From NCBI GenBank assembly GCA_963827305.1, contig CAWHAM010000007.1, positions 14,812 through 78,811 on the forward strand: DNA of 64,000 nt, in the 5' to 3' direction. Below the pieces are notes generated by a model. It worked only from the letters and a program-made list of their open reading frames with translations, was not told where the DNA came from and did not search any database. Each line of letters opens with the position of its first letter. Positions within the stretch are counted from its first letter, which is position 1. This stretch comes from an uncultured Chloroflexia bacterium (lineage in GTDB: Bacteria; Chloroflexota; Anaerolineae; Anaerolineales; Villigracilaceae). Both the position numbers and the translations under genes were made by a program. Below, piece after piece: positions 29,770 to 38,872 of this stretch.

Positions 29770-30212
29770 ATAACAAGAATATTTTTCGATCAAATCGAAA
29801 ATCAACAGAAAGAATGCGACAAATAATTCATAGTTTGTCGGAAACGGATTTATCTCGAACCACTGGAAATGATTGGTCAATATCAATTACATTGGCTCAT
29901 TTGGCGTTTTGGGATCAGCGAGTTATTCATGTAATAGAATTGGCAAAGAAGAATAACGTATTGAATGCTCCCCTCTTTGATGATCAATTAAATGACATCC
30001 TAACTCCAATATTAGGAGCAATTCCTCCCCCAGAAGCAGCAAGAATGGCAATTAATACTGCTGACACCCTTGATAAATTGCTTGAGGAATGTCCTCCGCA
30101 GTTTATAGAACAAATGATGAAGGAAAATGCCAGGTTGGTGGAACGATCACTTCACAGGAATAATCATCTGGATGAAATTGAATCTATAATGAACAGTCTT
30201 AAGAATCCTTGA
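29766..30212 (+). CDS. DinB-superfamily-like protein (tentative)
   Basis: 148 aa, helical, with His motifs LAHLAFWDQR and HRNNHLDE. ATGA start/stop overlap with the upstream gene. Strikingly AT-rich. Confidence 0.5.
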   Translation: MNNKNIFRSNRKSTERMRQIIHSLSETDLSRTTGNDWSISITLAHLAFWDQRVIHVIELAKKNNVLNAPLFDDQLNDILTPILGAIPPPEAARMAINTADTLDKLLEECPPQFIEQMMKENARLVERSLHRNNHLDEIESIMNSLKNP

Positions 30213-30357
30213 TCCAGCCCAACCCGCGGGTCAAATCCGACGTTTTATCCATTGCCATGCGCAGTTGCCTCAAATATCCCGTACGAGGCTTATACACACC
30301 ATTAGTCTGCTCAACCGAAGCCTTCATCGAAATCGTCGGACCAGGAAAAGGTGAACG

Positions 30358-31419
30358 ATGTCCAGACTTTCACGACGAGATTTTTTAAAAACCGCTTTAC
30401 TGGGTGCAGAGGCCTTATCTCTGCAGGCTCTCTTGGAGGCCTGTGGGCAAAGGCTCCCCACATCCCTGCCTCAGCCAACCTCACAAGCGGCATCTTCCGA
30501 ACAACCTACTCTCACACAATCTTCCACCCCACCTCCCGTCCCCACGGAAACACTTTCTCCGGCAACGGATACCCCGCCTGCAGCTACAAGCACTCCGGTC
30601 ATACCGCCAGATGTGGTCGTGACTAGCGCCGGCGAACCGGAAGAGCTGGTGCGGCGGGCCTTGGCGGCGCTCGGCGGCATGCAGAAATTCGTGCCGAAAG
30701 GCGCAAACGTAATCGTCAAACCCAACATCTGCGTGGCATATCGAACCTATGAGTATGCCGCGACCACCAATCCCTGGGTGGTGGGAACATTGGTAAAGTT
30801 GTGTTATGAGGCCGGGGCAGCCAGCGTCAAAGTAATGGACAACCCTTTTAATGGCACGCAAAAGCAGGCTTTTGAAATGAGCGGGATCAAGCAACAGGTC
30901 GAGGCAGCTGGAGGCGAGATGGCCTATATGCTTGCCTATAAGTATGTTCAAATGGATATTCCGAACGCCGTTATGTTGAAAAAAACCGCCGTTTATGATG
31001 ATATCCTAAAGGCGGATGTTTTAATCAATGTGCCGATTGCCAAAACACATACCAGTTCCGCCAGGCTTACCCTCGGGATGAAGAACCTGATGGGTGTGGT
31101 TTGGGACCGTGGAGCACTCCACACCAACCTGGGACAGTGCATCGCCGACCTGAATGCCCTGGTCCGCCCTCAATTGACCGTCATCGATGCAGTTCGTATC
31201 ATGACAGCCAACGGTCCGACCGGCGGCTCACTGTCTTATGTAAAGAAACTGGATACCGTAATCGCCAGTCCGGATGTCGTCGCGGCCGATAGTTATGCAG
31301 CCTCTCTTTTTGGATTAAAACCCTCAGGTCTGGCCTATATTGTCGCCGGCTCAGCCATGGGTTTGGGTCGCAGTGACCTCGAGAACATGAAGGTCGAGCA
31401 AATATCTCTGGGCACATAA
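30358..31419 (+). CDS. DUF362 domain protein with twin-arginine signal
   Basis: TAT motif SRRDFLKTALLG, Pro/Thr linker, DUF362-type core VIVKPNICVAYRTYEYAATTNPWVV. Confidence 0.75.
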   Translation: MSRLSRRDFLKTALLGAEALSLQALLEACGQRLPTSLPQPTSQAASSEQPTLTQSSTPPPVPTETLSPATDTPPAATSTPVIPPDVVVTSAGEPEELVRRALAALGGMQKFVPKGANVIVKPNICVAYRTYEYAATTNPWVVGTLVKLCYEAGAASVKVMDNPFNGTQKQAFEMSGIKQQVEAAGGEMAYMLAYKYVQMDIPNAVMLKKTAVYDDILKADVLINVPIAKTHTSSARLTLGMKNLMGVVWDRGALHTNLGQCIADLNALVRPQLTVIDAVRIMTANGPTGGSLSYVKKLDTVIASPDVVAADSYAASLFGLKPSGLAYIVAGSAMGLGRSDLENMKVEQISLGT

Positions 31420-31437
31420 AGAATCCGAGGCAACGAC

Positions 31438-32682
31438 ATGAAGAAGGTCTCCCGTTTGCGCCACGCACTCAAGTGGACTGGCATTGCCTGCGGGATTTGC
31501 ATTGCGGTGCTCATTCTGGCTTTCCTTGCTGTGAATACCTGGCCTGCCCTCGGAGCGGAAGGTGCGGACCTGTTGCGCAGCCTCATTGGGGATAAAGCCG
31601 TTGCTGGGCTGGAAATGAAGTTCAATCAAATGCAGGATGGCCTCCAAAAACTAAAATATCAACTAAGACTGGAAACGCCCGCCGCCCCTTGGAACACTTC
31701 TCAAGTGCCAATCCCTACTCCGCATTTTACAGAAACTATGACCTTCACTCCTGAAAACCGAACCCCTCAGGTCATTCAGCCAACGCCGATACTGACTATG
31801 TTTAATACACCGGAACCCACCTACACGCCCACACCCTATGTCTGGCGGCTAGTCGCCCTCACTCCCTTGGGTGCCGCTGCCGGAGAAGGGCTCTGGTCAG
31901 CTTATATTCAGGATGCAGAAGGTTACAGCGTGGCTTACCGGACTTTTCTGCAGCCGGATTCTTCCAGACCTTATACGCTGGTCGCGATCGTGGCAATTGA
32001 CCTGACCCGCACCCGCCTGCATTTTAAGCTTGGCAGTTTCGAATCGGCCGGGGAAAATACGCAACCCCGGACCGGCGCAATTCCGCAAGACGACCGGGTT
32101 GCCAATGTACTGATGGCTGCGTTCAATGGTGGGTTTCAGGCCCGGCACGGGCAGTTTGGCGCCATGGCCGATGGCGTCATGGCCCTGCCTCCCCGGGACG
32201 GGTTGGGGACGCTCATGATTTATAAGAGCGGCAGGGTCATCCTGGGGGAATGGGGCCCGGGGTCAGCCATCACTCCCAACGTGCTGGCCTTACGCCAGAA
32301 TGGCCCCTTGGTCGTCCAGCAAGGTGGGATCAACCCACGCATCCATAACAATTCTCCCCAGGATTGGGGCTATACGGTCAACGATGTTTCACCGACCGTA
32401 CGTACTGGCATAGGCTTGAGCGCTGATGGCAACACATTGTTCTATTTCTGCGGCCCCAGTCTTTCCATGGAAATGCTGGCGAAATCCATGCAGTCTGCCG
32501 GCGCGTGGAATGCCATCCAGTTGGACATTAATAATTACTGGGCGCTCTTTGTGAAGTTTCAACCATCCGGGTCGAAACTTGTCCCAGAACCATTGCTTCC
32601 CAGATTGATGGTTGCAAACGTTGACCGTTACCTATGGGATTATTCCCGGGACTATTTTTACCTCACCAGTATTGTCAGGTGA
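31438..32682 (+). CDS. phosphodiester glycosidase (NAGPA/DUF2233) family protein, membrane-anchored
   Basis: N-terminal TM. Motifs AFNGGFQARHG, RTGIGLSADGNTLFYF and NAIQLDIN. Confidence 0.7.
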   Translation: MKKVSRLRHALKWTGIACGICIAVLILAFLAVNTWPALGAEGADLLRSLIGDKAVAGLEMKFNQMQDGLQKLKYQLRLETPAAPWNTSQVPIPTPHFTETMTFTPENRTPQVIQPTPILTMFNTPEPTYTPTPYVWRLVALTPLGAAAGEGLWSAYIQDAEGYSVAYRTFLQPDSSRPYTLVAIVAIDLTRTRLHFKLGSFESAGENTQPRTGAIPQDDRVANVLMAAFNGGFQARHGQFGAMADGVMALPPRDGLGTLMIYKSGRVILGEWGPGSAITPNVLALRQNGPLVVQQGGINPRIHNNSPQDWGYTVNDVSPTVRTGIGLSADGNTLFYFCGPSLSMEMLAKSMQSAGAWNAIQLDINNYWALFVKFQPSGSKLVPEPLLPRLMVANVDRYLWDYSRDYFYLTSIVR

Positions 32683-32831
32683 AATCCTCCAGGACCGCTT
32701 TCTCATTTCTTGCCAGCACTCAATAGCTTCCCCGCAACCCTCTGAAATCAAGAGTGATTAATCTTTCAAAGGCCGACACAGGAACCCGATCTGTGCATGC
32801 CATTCATCCTAATTCGCCAAAGGAGTTCGGG

Positions 32832-32880
32832 AAAAAGGGGTCGGGCGGCGCAAAACACCGCCCGACCCCTTTATCATTCT
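32832..32880. terminator. bidirectional rho-independent terminator
   Basis: AAAAA-GGGGTCGGGCGG-CGCAAAACA-CCGCCCGACCCC-TTTATCATTCTTTTT: a 12-bp GC stem. Confidence 0.65.
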
Positions 32881-32918
32881 TTTTCCAATCATGTTCCCCT
32901 GTTTAGCCGCCTCGGGTG

Positions 32919-33389
32919 TTACAGGCGTTTTGTAAATATGACCAGGTCATCGCCGTCGCGGTAGAAATCCTTCAAGGTGGCTTCGAGCTTGTACCCGGTG
33001 GCGAGATAGAAGCCCCTCGTCGGCTCGTATTTAGGCAAGCCGGAGGTCTCAACGATCAACAGCCGCCCACCCAGCTTGCGAACGGCCTCTTCAGTGGCCC
33101 TCAGCAGACTGCGTCCCACCCCGCCGCGCCGGGCGTTGGGACTGACGGCGATCCAGTACAGGTCATAGGTCCGGTCGGTCAGGGCGCGCGGACCATAACA
33201 GGCGTAACCCAGAACCTGCTCGTTTTCCTTCTCGACAATAAAATAATAGCCGCTGCGTTCCGGTCCCTGGGTCAGATACTCCTCCCAGAGTTCGTCCACA
33301 CATTCCACTTCTTCCTGGCTGAAAACACTGGTATTGGCATTGACGGTGTGGATTTGCGGACCGTCATCCTTGGCTGCAGTGGCGATCAT
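32919..33389 (-). CDS. GNAT family N-acetyltransferase
   Basis: 156 aa. Motif A RRGGVGRSLL. ATG directly abuts the stop codon of the upstream ATP-grasp gene. Confidence 0.85.
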   Translation of the reverse strand: MIATAAKDDGPQIHTVNANTSVFSQEEVECVDELWEEYLTQGPERSGYYFIVEKENEQVLGYACYGPRALTDRTYDLYWIAVSPNARRGGVGRSLLRATEEAVRKLGGRLLIVETSGLPKYEPTRGFYLATGYKLEATLKDFYRDGDDLVIFTKRL

Positions 33390-34415
33390 CTAATAACTCC
33401 ATCCTTCTCGTTTTAAAGCGTGGATCAGTACCCGCTCGACCATTTGCGGATACGTCAGCCCGGTGACGCGTGCCGAGTTCCAGAACCCGGCGTCTGGCGA
33501 TAGGTCGGGTAGTTCGTTGATGTCGATTACATAGGGGATGCCGTTGTCGAAACGCATGTCCACCCGGCCCAGGTCACGCAGGCCAACGGCGCGGAAGGAG
33601 TCTTCGGCAACTTTGCGTACCACCTGCTCTTCCTTGCTGGTAAGGTCAGCCGGGACACGCGCGGGGATATTCTGGAAATAGGACGATTCCGGTTTCCATT
33701 TGGATTCATAGGTCAGCAGGTGCTCGAGTGGGTTGGAGATGGCTGAAAAATCATCCTCGGCGATGGGAAGGATCTCCACAACTTCGTTTCCCAACATAGC
33801 GACTGCCAGTTCGCGCCCGCCGATGAATTGTTCAACCATGGCAGGCTGCTGGTATTCCTCGATAATATAGGCAACTCTTGTTAACAAATCCTCCCGGTTG
33901 CCAACGACCGAACACAGGTCAATTCCCATGCTGGCGTCTTCGACCGAAGGTTTGACAATGACCGGGAACTCCAACCGGAAATCCCCTTCAGCCCTTTCGA
34001 AAACCTGGTAAGCTGGTGTTGGAATGCCGCAGCGTTGCAGTTTCTCCTTGCAGCTCGGCTTATTAATGCAAAGTTCAATGGAATCGGCGCTTGCTCCGGT
34101 GTGCCTGAAACCCATCCGCTCGATCAGACGGATGACCTGCACGGCTCCCAGGTTGTTGCCGTTAAAGCCGTCACAGTTATTGAAAACAAATGTTTCCTTG
34201 GGGGAATAAGAAACAAGCTTGCTTTCGATTTCCTCGAGAGACCCCCTGACCGGGATCTTTACCACCTGGTAGCCCAGGCTGGTTAGCGCCTTGTATAGGT
34301 TCTGCGCGGCGGTTATTGTACACTGGATTGCCAGTAAATCCTGCGGATCACCTCTGGTTACCTGTTTTTCTCTGTTGTAAAGAATCGCTACCTGCCGGGG
34401 ACTAAAGCCGTTCAT
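33390..34415 (-). CDS. D-alanine--D-alanine ligase family ATP-grasp enzyme
   Basis: 341 aa. Ddl-like N-domain and ATP-grasp core (FPVIVKPSVEDASMGI, EQFIGGRELAVAML, VDMRFDNGIPYVIDINELP). Confidence 0.85.
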   Translation of the reverse strand: MNGFSPRQVAILYNREKQVTRGDPQDLLAIQCTITAAQNLYKALTSLGYQVVKIPVRGSLEEIESKLVSYSPKETFVFNNCDGFNGNNLGAVQVIRLIERMGFRHTGASADSIELCINKPSCKEKLQRCGIPTPAYQVFERAEGDFRLEFPVIVKPSVEDASMGIDLCSVVGNREDLLTRVAYIIEEYQQPAMVEQFIGGRELAVAMLGNEVVEILPIAEDDFSAISNPLEHLLTYESKWKPESSYFQNIPARVPADLTSKEEQVVRKVAEDSFRAVGLRDLGRVDMRFDNGIPYVIDINELPDLSPDAGFWNSARVTGLTYPQMVERVLIHALKREGWSY

Positions 34416-34696
34416 CGAAACCTCAGATTAAAATAACTCCCTAGATAGGGAGTCGGGTACGCAACCTTTTGATACGGCTGCGCGTTTTTATGGACCAGAA
34501 AAAAACGAAATTTGTTTGTACATCCATATAAGTCTATCATACTCCGATTTCGAAATCTTAAATAATGAGATTCTTGTGAAAAGGGGAGATTGCCAAGTGA
34601 TGATTTTACGACAGCAAAATAATGACATTCTACCTCTTGCATCGCGCTGGGGATTTCACCTGTATAATCAACTTGTTTGCCCAAACCAGGTGAGCC

Positions 34697-35630
34697 ATGA
34701 CCAATCAGGAAGCCAAGAAGGATAAACGTTCGGCAGCATTAAGTTCCGTCATCGCTGCAATCGGATTAACCTCATTCAAACTCATCATTGGTGTTTTGAC
34801 CAACTCGCTTGGTATACTGGCCGAAGCCGCCCATTCCGGTCTGGACCTGGTGGCGGCTGCCATGACCTACTTCGCCGTGCGTGTTTCCGACAGACCCGCC
34901 GATAAGGAACATCCCTTCGGCCACGGCAAGATCGAAAACCTCTCGGCTCTTTTCGAGACAGTGCTCCTGCTGGCGACCTCCGGCTGGATCATCTACGAGG
35001 CCATCCTGCGTTTATTCTATATAAGTGTAAAAGTGGAAGCTTCCATCTGGTCATTTATTGTGATGGGCGCCTCCATTGCTATTGATTACACCCGCTCGCG
35101 TATCCTATACAAGGCCGCCAGGAAATACAAAAGCCAGGCTCTTGAAGCCGACGCCCTGCACTTCAGCACCGATATCTGGTCCTCTTCCGTGGTTATCCTG
35201 GGTTTGATCGGGCTCGCAATTGCCCGCAGTGTTCCGGGCCTGGACTGGATGCACAAAGCCGACTCGATTGCCGCCCTGGTTGTGGCCATCATCGTCATCT
35301 ACATCAGCGGCCAACTTGGCTGGCGGACGATCGCAGCCCTGCTGGATACCGCCCCGCAGCGGCCTGGCGGAAAAGATCGAAAGGGTGGCTGCCAGCGTGC
35401 CCGGCGTGGTGGACGCACATGCCATCCGCATCCGCCCTTCCGGAGCGCACACCTTTATCGACATGCATGTGACCATGGATGGAAATGTATCTTTAAAGGA
35501 CGCTCACGCCGCCACCATGATAATTGAGGACGCCATACTGAAGGAAATCTCGCCGGCAGATGTGACCGTCCACGTGGAACCGGCAGAAACGCCCAAGCCC
35601 CCAAATAAGAAAACGAGGCTGAATAGATGA
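34697..35630 (+). CDS. cation diffusion facilitator (CDF) transporter, frameshifted at C-run 35352-35355
   Basis: TM domain with HSGLDLVAA and HFSTDIWSS motifs, ending at LLDTAP. The C-terminal cytoplasmic domain (GLAEKIERVAASVPGVVDAHAIRIRPSGAHTFIDMHVTMDG...) continues in ORF 35220..35630, frame +1. Confidence 0.85.
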
Positions 35631-36361
35631 CTCTGCAAAAAGATCCCGAAGGGAACGAAATCCGCCACCTGAATCAATCCGCCCTGTTCACCAACCAACG
35701 TGTGCTGGAAATCGGCAGCGGTGATGGACGACTGACATGGAGGTATGCCCATTCTACTGGGCGCGTCACCGGGATTGATCCGGATGCCGATGCCCTGAAG
35801 ATTGCTGTGACGGATTGTCCTCCCGGTCTTTCTGAAACCGTCTCGTTTGCGCGGGCCTGTTCGCTCGACCTGCCTTTCCCCCAGGAAACGTTCGATATAG
35901 CCATCCTGGCCTGGTCGTTCTGATGAATTGAACGCGCGGGCATGGTTCATGCCCTGGAAGAGATCCGGCGAATCCTTATTCCCGGTGGAGTCATGATCGA
36001 CCTGCGGCCGCTGGCGGATCGGTGGCCGGTGGAGGTGATATCAGATCGCACCCACCATGAACTGGGCCGGTTGACGGATCTCCCTGCCGGATTGGCGGAT
36101 GATGAGGCTGCCAACAATGCAATCAAAGAATCCGCCCGGCGAGGCTGGTTTGTTCTCGAAAGTGAACTGAACTTTCCGTTCTTTTACTATTGGGATACGC
36201 CGGAGGAAATGCAGGAACACATCCATGAAAAATGGGGTGATTTCATGCAAATGGCAGATCAGGTTTATTCTGAGACGCAGAAAGCCTGGGCAACTGCGGG
36301 GGCGGACCGCCGTGTGCGAGTGCAGGCAAAGATGCTCCTGACACGCTGGCGAAAACGTTGA
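35627..36361 (+). pseudogene. class I SAM-dependent methyltransferase interrupted by tandem in-frame TGA TGA (35921-35926)
   Basis: ORF 35627..35923 carries motif I (VLEIGSGDGRL) and FDIAILAWSF. After TGA TGA the same frame continues as IERAGMVHALEEIRRILIPGGVMIDL (post-II/III motifs) to 36361. ATGA overlap with the CDF gene. Confidence 0.7.
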
Positions 36362-36420
36362 CCTATTTATATCCCTGTTCCACTTAACTCGCTCGCTGGG
36401 CAAATCCCATCGGGAAACAG

Positions 36421-38421
36421 TTATCTTTGTAATTCCTCCCACTCCGCCAGCCATACATCCATCTCAAGCTGGACCCGCTGATATTCCTTACCCAATTGGG
36501 CCACCTTGGCCGGATCACCGGGGGGATTTTCCAGCCGGAAACCGATCTGGCCCAATTCCGCCTCGAGCGCTGCAATCTTGTTTTCGAGTTCCTGCAAGCG
36601 CGCCAGGCGGTGGCGTTCCGCCTTGGCCGCCGGGTCCGTCGACCGGCGCACTGCACCCGTCACAACAGTTTTGGATGATTCCGTGGCGCGCAGAGCCGCC
36701 AGACGTTCGCGCTCCACCCTGCGTTGGCTGTAAGTCCCCTCGAAGACGGTCAAAGTGGATTCGTCCGGTTCCACTTCCCAGATCTGTGTGCCGAGCGCAT
36801 CGATCAGGTAACGGTCGTGCGTCACCAGCAAGATCGTCCCGGCATAATCGTCCAACACCGCTTCCAGCACCTCTTGCGAGGGGATGTCGAGGTGGTTGGT
36901 GGGCTCGTCCAATAAGAGCAGGTTGGTATCCTGCAGGGCCAGTTTCGCCAGGGCCAGCCGGCCGCGCTCTCCTCCGGAAAGGACCGAAATCTTCTTGAAA
37001 ACCTCATCGCCGGAGAAAAGATATTTCCCAAGATATTCGCGGATTCGTCCCGGCAGCCAGTGTGGCATGACCGAATCGATTTCCTGGACAAGGGTGTTGT
37101 CGGGATTGAGCCCTTCATGCGCCTGGGCGAAGTAGCCGATTTTCAGGGAGGCGCCCAGAGTAACTTCGCCTTCCAGCGGTTCCAACTGGCCGAGTACGGT
37201 CTTCAGGAAAGTGGTTTTTCCGGCGCCGTTCGGACCAATCAGGGCAGCGCAATCACCGCGTCTTAAAAGAATATCTGGCGCAGAGAAGAGCAGACGCCCG
37301 GGGTACCCGACGCGCAGGTTCGAGGTCCGCAGGACCAGTTCGCCGGAACGCATGGCAGGGCGCAGATTCAGGTGCAGGCGCGGCAAGGTCCGCCTGGGAG
37401 GACGCAGAGCCCGCACGCGTCGTTCGGCTTCCTCAGGCCCGAAGGGTGAGGTGGCAATAATTACATCTTCAGCGGTCTCAGCCCATTTCTGGCTGATCAC
37501 GGTCTCCATGCCGACCTGCTCGATGGCCTGGACGATCCGGCTCAGCCGGCGCAGTTTGCCCTTGGCCTGGCTGACATTCTGGCCGGAGATGTTCCTTTTG
37601 ATGTACTCGACATCTTTGAGCAGTTTCTCCTTCTCGGCTTCGAAGGTCTCTCGCCGGTGCTCCCAGCGCTGTTCACGTGTTTGCAGGTAAGCCGAGTAGT
37701 TGCCTGGGTAGTGCTCGGTGGCGCCAAACGCCATCTCCAGGATACCGTTGGCGGCGCGGTCGAGGAAATAACGGTCGTGCGAGACGATCACCGCCGCGCC
37801 ATCCCATTGCCCAAAATAGCCTTCCAGCCATTCGACCGCCGCGATGTCGAGGTGGTTGGTAGGTTCGTCTAGCAGGAGCAGGTCAGGATCGGAGAGCAGC
37901 AAGCGTGCCAGGAAGGCACGTGTGCGCTGTCCGCCGGAGAGATGGGCCAGCGGCAGGTGATAGTCGCCGGAGGAAAAACCCAAACCGGTCAGAATCTGTT
38001 TGATACGGGTGGGATAGTCGTAACCACCGCGCCGCTCGAATTCGTGCTGTAGCGGGCCATAGTGGAGCAGGGCCTGTTCGCGTTTTACCACGTCGGACAT
38101 TTCAGTTTCAAGTTTCTCCAGTTCCGCCTGGCGGGCGATCAGGTCTGAGAAGACACTGATGCAGGCATCCCAAACGGTGCCAGCCATTTCGAACTCGGCT
38201 TCCTGGGGAAGGTAACCTAGGCGGATGTTTTTGGCACGCGCAATCGTCCCTCCGGAGGGTTCGTCCAACCCGACCAGGATGCGCAGGAGCGTGGTCTTGC
38301 CGCAACCGTTTGGACCCACCAACGCCAGGCGCGCCCCTTTCGGGATGGCAAAGCTGACGCCGGAGAACAGGTCCACCGGGCCGAAGGATTTGGAGAGATT
38401 GGTGACGGCGATGAGGGACAT
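36421..38421 (-). CDS. ABC-F family ATPase (two NBDs, linker, C-terminal coiled coil)
   Basis: Two Walker A motifs (GPNGCGKTT, GPNGAGKTT), two signatures (LSGGQRTR, LSGGERGR), no TM, C-terminal coiled-coil tail. Confidence 0.9.
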   Translation of the reverse strand: MSLIAVTNLSKSFGPVDLFSGVSFAIPKGARLALVGPNGCGKTTLLRILVGLDEPSGGTIARAKNIRLGYLPQEAEFEMAGTVWDACISVFSDLIARQAELEKLETEMSDVVKREQALLHYGPLQHEFERRGGYDYPTRIKQILTGLGFSSGDYHLPLAHLSGGQRTRAFLARLLLSDPDLLLLDEPTNHLDIAAVEWLEGYFGQWDGAAVIVSHDRYFLDRAANGILEMAFGATEHYPGNYSAYLQTREQRWEHRRETFEAEKEKLLKDVEYIKRNISGQNVSQAKGKLRRLSRIVQAIEQVGMETVISQKWAETAEDVIIATSPFGPEEAERRVRALRPPRRTLPRLHLNLRPAMRSGELVLRTSNLRVGYPGRLLFSAPDILLRRGDCAALIGPNGAGKTTFLKTVLGQLEPLEGEVTLGASLKIGYFAQAHEGLNPDNTLVQEIDSVMPHWLPGRIREYLGKYLFSGDEVFKKISVLSGGERGRLALAKLALQDTNLLLLDEPTNHLDIPSQEVLEAVLDDYAGTILLVTHDRYLIDALGTQIWEVEPDESTLTVFEGTYSQRRVERERLAALRATESSKTVVTGAVRRSTDPAAKAERHRLARLQELENKIAALEAELGQIGFRLENPPGDPAKVAQLGKEYQRVQLEMDVWLAEWEELQR

Positions 38422-38872
38422 GGGAAACGAGAAATAAGAAATAAGGAATAAGGAATAAGGGAAAACGCCCCCGAATTATATCTTGGAATATCGTAAGGAT
38501 CGAATAAAATCAATCGTGAACGACGCCAGTCGCGTTTCAGCGATGGGTTGCAGGCTTCCCTGCGAGACCTTGCCATGCATGAAATCCACAAGCAGGAACT
38601 CAGCGATCTCTCGACCCGCTTCCCTTTAAGGTTTTATCCGGGGGAAAAGGAATAAATAATATTGCAGAAATTAACCAAAAATAGGCAAAATCCCTTTTCT
38701 TTGCCTCCTTTGGGGAGGAACAATTCATTCAAAAACGCCTCCCCGAGCTGTTTCATCCATATTCATTCTTCATTAAATAACTACTGCTTATGCCCTTTTT
38801 TGTTTTTGGTTGTTTTGAACTACCGGTCGCGCCCTACCTTTTTTTTCGGCTTTTCACCCTTTTCCTGCTGGA

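Noticed and set aside
35921-35926. Alternative genetic code (TGA as Trp or Gly) or selenocysteine to explain the tandem TGA TGA.
   Set aside because: TGA terminates many well-defined genes here, for example at 26395-26397, 29767-29769, 30210-30212 and 35628-35630. No SECIS-like hairpin or sel genes were seen, and tandem Sec would be unprecedented.
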